The position numbers and the translations under genes were made by a program. From Nitrosopumilus sp. (lineage in GTDB: Archaea > Thermoproteota > Nitrososphaeria > Nitrososphaerales > Nitrosopumilaceae), in assembly GCA_965203315.1 (NCBI GenBank), contig OZ241857.1:384001-448000 (forward strand): a stretch of 64,000 nucleotides of DNA, in the 5' to 3' direction. The first letter of the stretch is position 1. The number at the start of each line of letters is the position of its first letter. Positions 52,081 to 62,433 of this stretch are shown here, piece by piece. A model generated the notes under the pieces. That model made no database searches, had not been told where the DNA came from, and saw nothing but the letters and a program-made list of their open reading frames with translations.

Positions 52081-52472
52081 AATATACACTAGATATGAAG
52101 TGTCTAGCAAAGAAAGAAGTATAATTCCTGAATCTGAGATGCTAGACTCATCAAAACCTGAAATTGCTGAAAACATTGAGACCATCTCAGAAAGTCCAAC
52201 TATCAAAACTACAAGAATACGATATACAAAAGCGAAGGAGTAAATCTAGTGCTGTCGATAACACTAGCTGGTAAATCTCCACATTGCCAATCTTTCTATA
52301 TGGTCTTTGAACAAGATTATTCTTATCCATTATGCAAGTGATGACAATCTACCAGAATAGTATTTTAAACTCTTAAAACAAGACTAGGTGTCGATACATA
52401 ATGAACTATGTAATCAGTCAGTGTCTGATATTTTTTCCAGCTTGTACATATAGTCAACTATTGAATGTGGAG

Positions 52473-53265
52473 ATGACATAAACTGCTAGTCTTAAAGAAA
52501 GAGTCAAGATCGCCACTAAGATATGCAGGTGGAAAGACCAGGGGAGTAGCAGAGATAGCAAGTTTCATTCCTACTGGTACCAAGGTACTTTGCTCACCAT
52601 TTTTTGGTGGCGGTTCAGTTGAGCTACTCTGTGCGAGTCGTGGAATCAAAGTATGTGGATTTGATAACTTTAAACCGTTGGTGGAGTTTTGGCAATGTCT
52701 GCTACAGAATCCCAAGAAACTAGCAGAGATCGTCAGTAAATATTATCCACTTCCCAAATCAAGATTTTACGAGTTACGAAATACTCTACATACACTTAAA
52801 ACAAAATATGAGCGAGCAGCTGTCTTTTATGCATTGAATCGTTCGTCATTCTCTGGAACAACACTCTCTGGAGGCATGTCTCCTGGACATCCTCGTTTCA
52901 CACCTTCGTCTATAGAACGCCTAGCTAATTTCAAGATAGATAATGTAAGTGTACAACAAGCCGATTTTGGAGACTCTATACAAAAGTCACGAAACAACTT
53001 ACTATATCTCGACCCTCCGTATCTACTAAATCAACGGCTTTATGGAAATAACGGCAACATGCACAACAACTTTGATCATACTCGACTGGCTGAGATACTT
53101 TATACAAAAGACAACTGGATCTTGTCATATAATAACTGCAAAGCGATCCATAAATTGTACAAAGAGTATACGATTCACTATCCTGCTTGGAAGTATGGCA
53201 TGTCAAATAACAAAGATTCACGAGAAGTATTGATACTCAGTCACAATATCGCTAGGGGAATATGA
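52473..53265 (+). pseudogene. Dam/D12-class adenine methyltransferase with a damaged or non-canonical start
   Basis: Frame opens at 52477 and reads SPLRYAGGKTR, SPFFGGGS, LNRSSFSG, LDPPY; nearest ATG (52473) is out of frame by 1 nt; CTG 52483 is a possible start. Confidence 0.75.
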
Positions 53266-54215
53266 TGCCCACTCAAACCCAATCTGGAAAAGCGTTTGAA
53301 TATGCACTGGCCTCATCACTTTACAACAAGATCCGGAACTATCAAGATGTCGAGTTGGTTATGGATTCCTTGTATGAAAACGCTCAAAAGTGCTTCAAGA
53401 TATTTAGCAAACATGAAAAGCAACAATACAGTGTTGCATCAGATGTAGCAATCCGTCACATATGGGATCTTGAACCTAGATTGGCGAACCCATTGACAAA
53501 AAATTCACGTATTAAAATCTTGATCCAATCTGATCAAAAAGGCACGATGGGTGATGTACGGGATATTGTTACTGTAAACTCGGATGATGATTGGCAGATA
53601 GGATTTTCAGCAAAGAACAGGAATGACGTAGTAAAGAACTCGCGATTATCAGACAAGATTGACTTTGGTAAAGAGTGGTTGGGAATACCATGCTCTGACA
53701 TATACATGAACAAAGCTAGACATATCTTTGGAGAGTTGAGGGATATTATATAATCCACAAAATATTGGAATCAACTAGATAACAAAACAACTGAATATTA
53801 TGCTCCAGTTCTTTGTGCATTACAAGAAGAGTTGTCTAGGCTGGCAACAAGTAACAATAGTGTACCTGAACGTTTGATCTCATATATGATGGGCAAGAAA
53901 GACTATTACAAGATTATAAAGTATAACAAGTATACTGAGATTAAAGGGTACAACATGTATGGTACGTTAAATTGCTCATCTGGAAAGATTAAACCGAAAC
54001 ACAGAGTCAAACAAATCCAGTTTCCATCTAAAATATTAAAGATAGAGATGATTAGAGAGAATAGACTAGAGATCTTTTTTAATGGTGGGCGGACATTAGG
54101 ATTCAGAATTCATAACGCAACTTCAAAGATAGAGCCATCACTTAAACTTGATGTCAGAACTATTGGAATACCAAACAACATGTATGTTGATCGAGAGAGA
54201 TGGGATTCTGCATAA
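53262..54215 (+). pseudogene. HaeIII-family restriction endonuclease with one in-frame TAA (53751-53753)
   Basis: GKAFEY, GDVRD, IGFSAK, SRLS..IDFG, FRIHNA..IEPSLKLD; both halves are in the same frame. Confidence 0.82.
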
Positions 54216-54296
54216 TTTAAACAAGTGACTGTATACGTACAGTCACATAACAAGCTAGTAATATTGCACATATTACATCTGGGACATTCTCTCATA

Positions 54297-54365
54297 TTTC
54301 TCACTTTAATACAAAATTTCTCTTACGTACACGTGAAAGTACTATCACTGCCTAGCAAATCGCTC
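54297..54365 (+). repeat. 69-bp direct repeat, copy 2 (TATA-like box plus first codons of the downstream gene)
   Basis: Near-identical to 52012-52080; contains TTTAATA and the GTG start at 54333. Confidence 0.9.
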
Positions 54366-54935
54366 CTCGATACCAGATGGATAAATCTCTCTATCCGAAA
54401 CTTTTCCCCTCGAGAGTTTCTGGGTTTGGTTGTAGGTTTACTGTGTATTGTGGGGACGATTGCAGGCAAAATCCATCCTGCTATGATACCACTTGGTATA
54501 CTGATCATGATCTTTGGATTTCTGCCGTTTGGGTTTCTACCTCCTGAGATACAGATACAGAGTTTTATACGATTTCATTTGGCAAGAAAGAGAGTCAGGA
54601 CAGCAGCAACGAAATCACACATGCTTGGATATGGCATGTACAGTACAGAAGATATTACAACCATAACAGAGGATACCGAAATAGTACGTGTACAAGACCT
54701 AGATACACCATATACTATACGATTAAAGACCGACACTAAAGGTCAGTTTATTCCAGTATCGATATATTTCACTAAAGATAACAACGAGATTCACATCGCA
54801 GACTCTACTACTGATATACGTGGTATGGTGTCATGTACAATACTCCTAGATGACTATGGAGAGAGACAGATCAGAATAGTAGATGCAAACCACACTGTAC
54901 TATACGACAAGACGGTGAGGTTTGAGCACAAATGA
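54333..54935 (+). CDS. Two-TM membrane protein (PrgI/VirB3-like topology) with beta-rich C-terminus
   Basis: FSPREFLGLVVGLL TM hairpin; 4-bp overlap with the next gene; start reassigned to GTG 54333. Confidence 0.55.
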   Translation: MKVLSLPSKSLLDTRWINLSIRNFSPREFLGLVVGLLCIVGTIAGKIHPAMIPLGILIMIFGFLPFGFLPPEIQIQSFIRFHLARKRVRTAATKSHMLGYGMYSTEDITTITEDTEIVRVQDLDTPYTIRLKTDTKGQFIPVSIYFTKDNNEIHIADSTTDIRGMVSCTILLDDYGERQIRIVDANHTVLYDKTVRFEHK

Positions 54936-57226
54936 TCTGTATCACACTACCACCAAAGATACCAGATCCACCAAAACGATCTATGTCGTCTAGATTTACG
55001 AGTATAATACGTATAGTCAAAGAGACCAAATCGACACTAAACAGTCCATTATCTGCTGTGGTTCCAGGTGTTACACCTGCACTACAAGCACTGATCATCA
55101 TAGGTACAATAGTTGCATTCAATGGGGCAATGTTGGCTCTTGTAAATCAGATCAGACTAGAGTTCCTAGAGTTGATTACAACAATGCCCAATTTCGAGTT
55201 CTCTGTAAATGATGCAGGACAAGAGACAGGCAACTTTTCGTTTGTGTTGTATTCACTGTTACGAGATGCTGCGTTGTATTTCTTTATCTTTGTGTTTATG
55301 ATATTTGGCATATTATTGATGTTGAAACAGGCAGAACTAGTAACAACAGAGACACTAAAGAATATGGTCAAGACCTCATTAATAGGGATAATCATAATAA
55401 TGATCTTTCCATATATCTGGGATCCAATATCAGACATGTCAGAGGGTGCAGCTGTATGGATATTGAATCCGTTATACACAGGAGATCCAGACAATCCCTG
55501 TCTTACTGAGAGTGACAACTATCTAGTTGCTGAACTATATTCACACCAACGAAACATGTCCAAGTTTGCTTCAGTGGGTGGCATATACGCAGACAACGAA
55601 CCATGTAATCCAAATCTACGAATCAACTATCTGTTCGCAAAGGCAGTCTTTGGAGCATCCGAAGAGATCAAAGTCGAAGAAGGCTGGTGGAACTTTATAG
55701 ATACTATTAATGCATGGTTTCAGACAGGAACAGAGTCGGTATTTAGTGCCATATTTCTATCTGTAACAAAGGTTAGTATTCTATTCTTTTTAACTACATT
55801 TGCAGCTCTGTTGGGCTCTGTACGACAGTTACTGACAGATGTCGTTGCTATATCGTTACCATTACTATTGGTCTTTCGTTCATTGCCGTTCTGGGGTATC
55901 GACAAGATGGCAAATACTCTTCTTACAATATTTGTGCCACTGATATTTGTCCCATTCTTTACTGCATTGATTATAACTGCAGGTTCTACTAGTCTGATGA
56001 CCCAGGAGATTGATCTGACTACAATAACAGAAGAGGAGAGACAAGCAGGTGCAATAGATACTTTGGCACGTGACAGATACATGTTTTGGTTGTATGCCAT
56101 TGCAACACTGACTCTGGCTGTACTCACGCCTGTACTATTTGTACCCATGTTGAGTAGTGTTGCAGGTACTATCAGTACTATGGTACAGACAGGCATACAA
56201 TCTGGTGTGATGTCGATGGCTGGTGTAACAGCTGGAGCAGCTGCAGGCGCAACAGGTACAGTACAAGGCATGGCAGCTGGAGCTTCAGCCACAGGATCTG
56301 GACTGTTGTCGACTATGGCATCGCGTGGCGGTATGGGCTCCATGATCAAGGGCATGGCACAAGGGATGGTATCAGAGGGAACACACGGCAAGATAACTCC
56401 CGGTGGCGGACCAGCAGGATATGAAACAGGATATCACACTGCAGAGCAACGAGCACACAACATCGAAGCTGCACGTAGAGTATCGGCAAAGGGAATCTTT
56501 ACAGGTGCAGGTGGTGTTCCTGGCGATCCGGTTCCTGGCTCAGCACCATTTGGCGTAACACCAGGTACACAGGGACAGACTGGTACTAGTGGTACTGGCG
56601 GTACAAGTGGCACTCAAGTACCAGGCCAATCAAACCTACATGTGTTTGGAGTACCTGGTGGCATTCCTGTAGGAACCAGTATGCCGTCCAAGAGTCATGC
56701 ACCACTAGGTGATTATGGACAAGAACGCAAGTACATTACACAAAAAACTGGTATTCAAAGGATCAGAGATCTCGAACATGATGCTCAAATAGGTAATCTA
56801 CCTAGCACAAACACCCTTAGAGAGTGGAATAACGACATGTATCCACTACGAACAGCTGCACTAGAGGCACATAGAGAAAACTCAAAGCAGAGAGATCTCG
56901 AAAAGATACAGAGACAACACCAGAGAGAGTATGACACGTCTGAGGCTAGATACCAAAATGAATCATTTTTTAGAGATCGTAACGAACAGCAAACTCGTGG
57001 CAAGAGTACTGGTAAGAGTGGCAAGAAGGTGTTCCACCCACAACAAGAGAAACTATGGAAGAACCTCCCATCAAATGAGCAATATGTGACTTGGACTCCA
57101 AGCGATATCAAATCAGACGCAAATGGCACAGAAAGTGAGAAGCGAAGCCAAATCGGTGATACTAAAAGGAATGATTATGTAGAAAATAACACACACAGAA
57201 AGAATGAATTAAAAAAACAAATCTAG
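54932..57226 (+). CDS. Polytopic membrane protein, VirB6/TrbL-like
   Basis: Multiple TM segments, then a Gly/Ala-rich tract and a hydrophilic tail. Confidence 0.6.
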   Translation: MICITLPPKIPDPPKRSMSSRFTSIIRIVKETKSTLNSPLSAVVPGVTPALQALIIIGTIVAFNGAMLALVNQIRLEFLELITTMPNFEFSVNDAGQETGNFSFVLYSLLRDAALYFFIFVFMIFGILLMLKQAELVTTETLKNMVKTSLIGIIIIMIFPYIWDPISDMSEGAAVWILNPLYTGDPDNPCLTESDNYLVAELYSHQRNMSKFASVGGIYADNEPCNPNLRINYLFAKAVFGASEEIKVEEGWWNFIDTINAWFQTGTESVFSAIFLSVTKVSILFFLTTFAALLGSVRQLLTDVVAISLPLLLVFRSLPFWGIDKMANTLLTIFVPLIFVPFFTALIITAGSTSLMTQEIDLTTITEEERQAGAIDTLARDRYMFWLYAIATLTLAVLTPVLFVPMLSSVAGTISTMVQTGIQSGVMSMAGVTAGAAAGATGTVQGMAAGASATGSGLLSTMASRGGMGSMIKGMAQGMVSEGTHGKITPGGGPAGYETGYHTAEQRAHNIEAARRVSAKGIFTGAGGVPGDPVPGSAPFGVTPGTQGQTGTSGTGGTSGTQVPGQSNLHVFGVPGGIPVGTSMPSKSHAPLGDYGQERKYITQKTGIQRIRDLEHDAQIGNLPSTNTLREWNNDMYPLRTAALEAHRENSKQRDLEKIQRQHQREYDTSEARYQNESFFRDRNEQQTRGKSTGKSGKKVFHPQQEKLWKNLPSNEQYVTWTPSDIKSDANGTESEKRSQIGDTKRNDYVENNTHRKNELKKQI

Positions 57227-57377
57227 TAAACCAAATAAGCCACACTTGTAAGGAACAAAGAAAAAATGATCACACTTGTATTCGATTATACAGTATATTC
57301 TGCAATCTATTGATCTGTCTCGAATATTCGGTCTCATTAATTCATCAAACTGCACAAAATAGCCTCATGCTCCTTGC

Positions 57378-59474
57378 ATGCAACCTTTAAAAGCAACAAG
57401 TACCTTACAATACAGTATGATCGCTAAACAAGCAAACGAGTATACGATAATAGAGATTCCACTCAAGAAGGGAAAGACCCTAGAGATCACAAACCAATGT
57501 ATTGGAGTATACAGCTCCAAAGGAGTCCATCTACTGATTCCTGTACACAACATACGAATCATATCTCCTGTAAATAAGAATAAAATTCGCATTCAATACA
57601 TCGAAGTGGATCAACAGAACCCAAGCATCTATCAACGCAGGCAGATAATCTATGATCTCGATAAACCCAACCTCTCTCCTTTACAACTATGTCACAAGAT
57701 TCTAGAAGAGTATGAGAAACTAGGCATTGTCTCTAAAAATCCGGATGGCTTACTGTTTATGCCACCGGATGAGCATATTGTCGTAACATACCCAAACGTC
57801 CACACAAACGAAGGCAATGGTCTATTATACATCACAAATCTAGGTATTACACTTGAGACAAATGAGGGTATATCCTGTGACATATCCTATGCGCTAATGT
57901 CATTAATCACCGATCACAAGAAAGACATCATCAGAATAGTCTGGGAAGAGATATCACCTAAAGGCTCTACATCAAAGCATACATTCGACTTTACATTACC
58001 AAAAAAAGTAGACCGTGATCTAGCATCAAACTTGGCTAAAGAACAACTCTCTCGATTTAGAACAGAGAGCAGCTATGCATTTTTGCAGATGGACAAATAT
58101 TACAACAATCTCAATTATGATGCACTATATGATCTAGCAAGAAAAAGAGATGAACAGTTTGAGTCACATCTGATGCGTCACACAGAGTTTACTTTTGGTC
58201 ACATATCCCCCGAATTTACAGAATTTGAGAAGGATCTAATTCAATCATGCAAGCTACTCGGATATGATATAGGTTTAATCACAGAAAAAACAGACGAGGA
58301 AATAGAGCAACGTAAATCTGCAACACAATACATGCACTTTCACAACAGAGTCAAGAAAGAGATAAAATCACATAGTGAAGCAATGGATAGACTTTGGAAA
58401 GATCTTCCCAACGCACCTGAAAAATATGAAGACGCATTGAATATATTGTATGAAAATGAAGAGTGGCAAGATCACAATAGAGCAATCATAGAGATAGAGA
58501 ACAGAAATCCAGAGATTCTAAAGAGTCAGCAATACTTTAACAAAATATTGGCTGAGGGTTTGAGATACTATGATAAACGCGCAGTGATACTGTACAAAGA
58601 ATGGTGCAAGAATGTACCATTACAAGACTTTACAGACGAGTATGACGACGAATGGATCAACTATTTGCTAGAGAAACTAGATACGCCTCAAGGACATAAT
58701 CCTCTCTCTAGTTCATGTATATCTCGTGACAAATTAAAAGAACAATTAAACATGAGAAACAGAAACAGAACGACACTTGCAAACTTTTCAGCGCCAGACC
58801 ACATAGACAAGAGAGACATCTATAACAACTGTTGGTATGACAAACAGCATGACATGTGGTATGTCCAAGATGATAATTTAGATGAAATATTACAAGGACA
58901 TGCAGACTCTGATCTAGATGACTCACAGAGTACAATCGGCAGACGTGTGTGGGGATTCAAAGGCGATAATGTACAAATGTTTTGTGGCTGGCCGTCAATC
59001 ACATATGAGAGTGAAGATGGCAGATACGAAGATAGAGTTACATTTAGTCGAGTGACAGGTCAAGAGTTGCGTAGAACCGAATTTAAGTTCGTCTCTTTTA
59101 TCTTACCAATCTTGAGAGATGAGGATATCAATAAGCATATGGAGTGCATGTATGGGGGATTAGCATATTCGTCAACCGAAGTAGCGTGTTGTATTTTGCC
59201 TAGTGGCGGTTTTAAATGGATGACTCCAAAGATGTTAAAACTCGCTGGTGAGAATTATGGGTTTGGTGACATTCCATTAAATGAACGAGTCAGACGTGCA
59301 TTATTCAAGGTGGAATCAGGTGTCTGCTTTAATGTTCAAGCACCACTAGAACCTGTACCGATCAAGATTCCTGACGAGTATCCAGATCATCCGTACATGA
59401 ATAGATTTGCACGTACAGCTCCGTTTGTAGTCTGCTGGCCAAAGAAGAGAATGCCTGATAGGAGTCACGTCTAG
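57378..59474 (+). CDS. Hypothetical protein with two N-terminal PH/GRAM-like segments
   Basis: 698-aa ORF; TLEITNQCI and GLLYITNLGI segments. Confidence 0.6.
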   Translation: MQPLKATSTLQYSMIAKQANEYTIIEIPLKKGKTLEITNQCIGVYSSKGVHLLIPVHNIRIISPVNKNKIRIQYIEVDQQNPSIYQRRQIIYDLDKPNLSPLQLCHKILEEYEKLGIVSKNPDGLLFMPPDEHIVVTYPNVHTNEGNGLLYITNLGITLETNEGISCDISYALMSLITDHKKDIIRIVWEEISPKGSTSKHTFDFTLPKKVDRDLASNLAKEQLSRFRTESSYAFLQMDKYYNNLNYDALYDLARKRDEQFESHLMRHTEFTFGHISPEFTEFEKDLIQSCKLLGYDIGLITEKTDEEIEQRKSATQYMHFHNRVKKEIKSHSEAMDRLWKDLPNAPEKYEDALNILYENEEWQDHNRAIIEIENRNPEILKSQQYFNKILAEGLRYYDKRAVILYKEWCKNVPLQDFTDEYDDEWINYLLEKLDTPQGHNPLSSSCISRDKLKEQLNMRNRNRTTLANFSAPDHIDKRDIYNNCWYDKQHDMWYVQDDNLDEILQGHADSDLDDSQSTIGRRVWGFKGDNVQMFCGWPSITYESEDGRYEDRVTFSRVTGQELRRTEFKFVSFILPILRDEDINKHMECMYGGLAYSSTEVACCILPSGGFKWMTPKMLKLAGENYGFGDIPLNERVRRALFKVESGVCFNVQAPLEPVPIKIPDEYPDHPYMNRFARTAPFVVCWPKKRMPDRSHV

Positions 59475-59510
59475 TCCAATCACGATAGAGATATATGAGT
59501 GAGATAAACT

Positions 59511-60149
59511 ATGAATTTAATTGTCGTAATTGTTCTAGGTCTAGTCGCAATTTCAACACTGTTTGCAGTTTCAGTTCTGTATATTGTACCCATCATAATC
59601 ACAAGTATCGATATTGATGCAGTGTACTTTTTAGCTGCAATTGTTACAATCTTTTCACTCATTCTTTCACCTCTTGTGTATTTCATAAAGAGATGGAATA
59701 ACGAAAAAGCAGAAACAAAGAGAGCATCTGGCAACATCTGTCGTGAACTTAGAGATACACTAGAGTCACTAGATCGTAGTAAATTTCGCAACGAATCCAT
59801 AGATTTTACAACTAAAGATGGCAAAAAAGTCTATTTCATGAACAGGGTTCTTAATCATGACTTTTATGATAGCTTGATATCGTCAGGAAAGATTAACTTT
59901 CTCGATCCTGATCTTCAACAACATGTTCAAAATATCTTTAAATTAATTAAAAGACACAACGAACATCTAAAAATAGCTGAGAAAATAAGAATTGATAAGC
60001 AAGAATCATTTCCAGAGGAAACACACATATACCACATATGGATGGAACGTGATGAAAGAATGTTGCTACAAGACATACCTGTTTTGATAAAGAATATAGA
60101 GTTCAAGTTTGGTAATTGCACTTACCTATCTTTGAATAATTATGGATAG
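59511..60149 (+). CDS. Hypothetical membrane protein with two N-terminal TM helices
   Basis: Hydrophobic N-terminal ~58 residues then a soluble domain. Confidence 0.65.
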   Translation: MNLIVVIVLGLVAISTLFAVSVLYIVPIIITSIDIDAVYFLAAIVTIFSLILSPLVYFIKRWNNEKAETKRASGNICRELRDTLESLDRSKFRNESIDFTTKDGKKVYFMNRVLNHDFYDSLISSGKINFLDPDLQQHVQNIFKLIKRHNEHLKIAEKIRIDKQESFPEETHIYHIWMERDERMLLQDIPVLIKNIEFKFGNCTYLSLNNYG

Positions 60150-60682
60150 TGTTCTTTTTTAGGCGTGGTTTGTTTTTTTGTGTTGCATAGTCCACAATAT
60201 GAATCCATCTTACGGAAATCAAATGGACACAATTTGAACGATTTTGCCCATAGAAATAACACATACGCTGTCGTCATTACAAGATGAGTACGTCCATAAA
60301 AAGTACACATACGTTCTTTTGTTGCCGTCTTGGAAAACACTTTTGCGCTCTAGTGTATTAACACAAGATTGTGATCTTTGCGATAGTTCATATTTACAAT
60401 CCCATCTCCCAAGGATTATACAGAACCCGCAATTGTGGGATCCAAAAAGTAGTTCGCCCCTCGTTTGATGTGGTATTCTTTTTACGAGTCATCGATTTCT
60501 ACTCCTTTTGGCGGTTGTTTGTTGATAAACGCTTTGTATGGTGTCTCTCTGATGTCAATATTGAGAGACATGTGAATGCGTTCATAGTTGTACCATTTCA
60601 TTGTATTTACTACAAACATGTCTACTGGATCACTTGTTCGTTGCATGTATCCTGCAAATACTGGATATTTGCGTTCTACCTC

Positions 60683-62143
60683 AGCTCTGTTCAATGAATA
60701 TTTTTGCAATATGATGGTTTAGTGGTGGTTTAGATGAAAACACATCAGATGTGCAATTCGGAATCAATTTCTCATTAAAATTAAAGCTTGTTGTACTGAA
60801 ATGTTGTTTTTTACTACAAAATGAACAAGATTCTGACAATCAAAAGTTAGAAATCATTAAAAAAATCAAAGGTTTGCAAGTATTTGTTTTTTAATTATTC
60901 GCAAGTTATGTGCGGCAACCCTAAATAACAATTCTTGAACCATATGTTCCCACAATATCGATTTTAGACCTTCGCCAAACAGACGCTTCATTGTAGAAAA
61001 TACACCCTCCGATGCAGAGCGTTCACCATAACCGTTTTTTCTCCCCCATCTTGCTTGATTTTTTAATCTATCTTTTTTTGTGATCTTTGTTACATCTTTG
61101 CATTTTGAGCCAAAAGTTAACTGAATCTGAGCAGTTTTGCTTCTAACAGTTTCAAGATATGTTTTGGCAGTGTATCTTATTGGAATTATTGGTTTAATCC
61201 CACGCTTTTTACAGTACTCGAAGATTTCAACTGTGTCGTAGCCTTTATCAGCTAGAATTTTAATCTCTATGTCATTAATATTACAACATTTTTGGAGCAT
61301 ACCGATCGCAAATTCAACGAGTTCAATAAATTGAGATGAATCTGCTTCAGAATCGGTTGTAATGGTACATCCTAGTATTGCCTTTGTTTTTACGTCTATG
61401 ATTGGGTGTAATTTAACAAATCCTTTCTTCTTTACTTTGTCCTTTTCTTTCTCGAACCTAAACTCGATCCATCTACCGCCTGCGTGTTGTGTAAATCCAG
61501 AGGCATCCAGGGAAAGAATGACTTCTTTAAAATGATCTGCAACTGCGATATCATTTAAAATGTCTACCTCCTTGTCATTTATTCTAGTAAATAATGTAGT
61601 ATAAGCTGGTATATCGAAATCAGGAAAAAATCGTTTTAATTCGTCTTCTAATTCTCTATATGATAATCCTCGCTTAGCTCTTATCATTGCAGCACATCTC
61701 AAAAAAGATTCCGAATAGGCGTATTGACCGCCACGTTTCTTTACGTTCATCTTTTTTAATTCTTTCCTAAACAGTTCTGCAAATTCCTCAGTATCGATTA
61801 CTCCAAATTCAAATAATAACAAAACATATCTGACCGTTGAACCTTTACTAAGTTGCTTTGCTATTCTTCTTATTTTATTTCTTTCTTTATTTTGAACTTT
61901 TTTATCTTTTAAAATTTTGAATGTTGACTTGTTTTTACGTTTCAATATCTTGTAGAAAATAGATACCCTATATAGATCTTTTCATTTAATTTTAAAATTA
62001 CGTCACAAAAAACGAAATCATAATTAAAAGCAAACTAACGTGCAATTTAATTTCATAATCTCTAATCAGCTCCGAATTTGACGCAGTTGAGTATTAACTA
62101 ATGAGAAATTTTGCAGTTTTGTGCCTATTCATTGAACAGAGCA
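60683..62143 (-). mobile_element. IS5-family insertion sequence, intact
   Basis: TIR (A/T)GCTCTGTTCAATGAATA; 9-bp TSD TTCTACCTC at 60674-60682 and 62144-62152. Confidence 0.92.
60866..61945 (-). CDS. IS5-family DDE transposase
   Basis: LDASGF, LADKGYD, YGERSASEGVFSTMK. Confidence 0.92.
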   Translation of the reverse strand: MKRKNKSTFKILKDKKVQNKERNKIRRIAKQLSKGSTVRYVLLLFEFGVIDTEEFAELFRKELKKMNVKKRGGQYAYSESFLRCAAMIRAKRGLSYRELEDELKRFFPDFDIPAYTTLFTRINDKEVDILNDIAVADHFKEVILSLDASGFTQHAGGRWIEFRFEKEKDKVKKKGFVKLHPIIDVKTKAILGCTITTDSEADSSQFIELVEFAIGMLQKCCNINDIEIKILADKGYDTVEIFEYCKKRGIKPIIPIRYTAKTYLETVRSKTAQIQLTFGSKCKDVTKITKKDRLKNQARWGRKNGYGERSASEGVFSTMKRLFGEGLKSILWEHMVQELLFRVAAHNLRIIKKQILANL

Positions 62144-62433
62144 TTCTACCTCTCCAAATAGTCGTTCTACTTTGCCGTTGGTCTGTGGATGATTTACGCG
62201 TCCAAGAAGATGCTGTATTCCTAGTTCTGCTAATCTTGCCTCAAACTTGGATATTCCTTTCTTCTTGTTCTCACCTGCATTGGCGTAAAACTGCGTTCCA
62301 TGATCTGTAAGGATTGCTTTTGGTTTTCCATAATTTTTGATGGCCTCATCCAACACTGCAAGTGTATTCTCTGCTGTTGCATGGTCAAATATGCCATATC
62401 CGACCACAAATCTAGACGCATCGTCCAGATAAG

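Noticed and set aside
55147-57129. Long antisense ORFs (for example 55720-56391) and similar ones across the ribosomal and Ssp genes
   Set aside because: Shadow frames of well-supported genes on the opposite strand
60116-60480. IS481 terminus and a small passenger ORF
   Set aside because: The other end is outside the window, so no TIR or TSD can be verified; the short ORFs lack motifs
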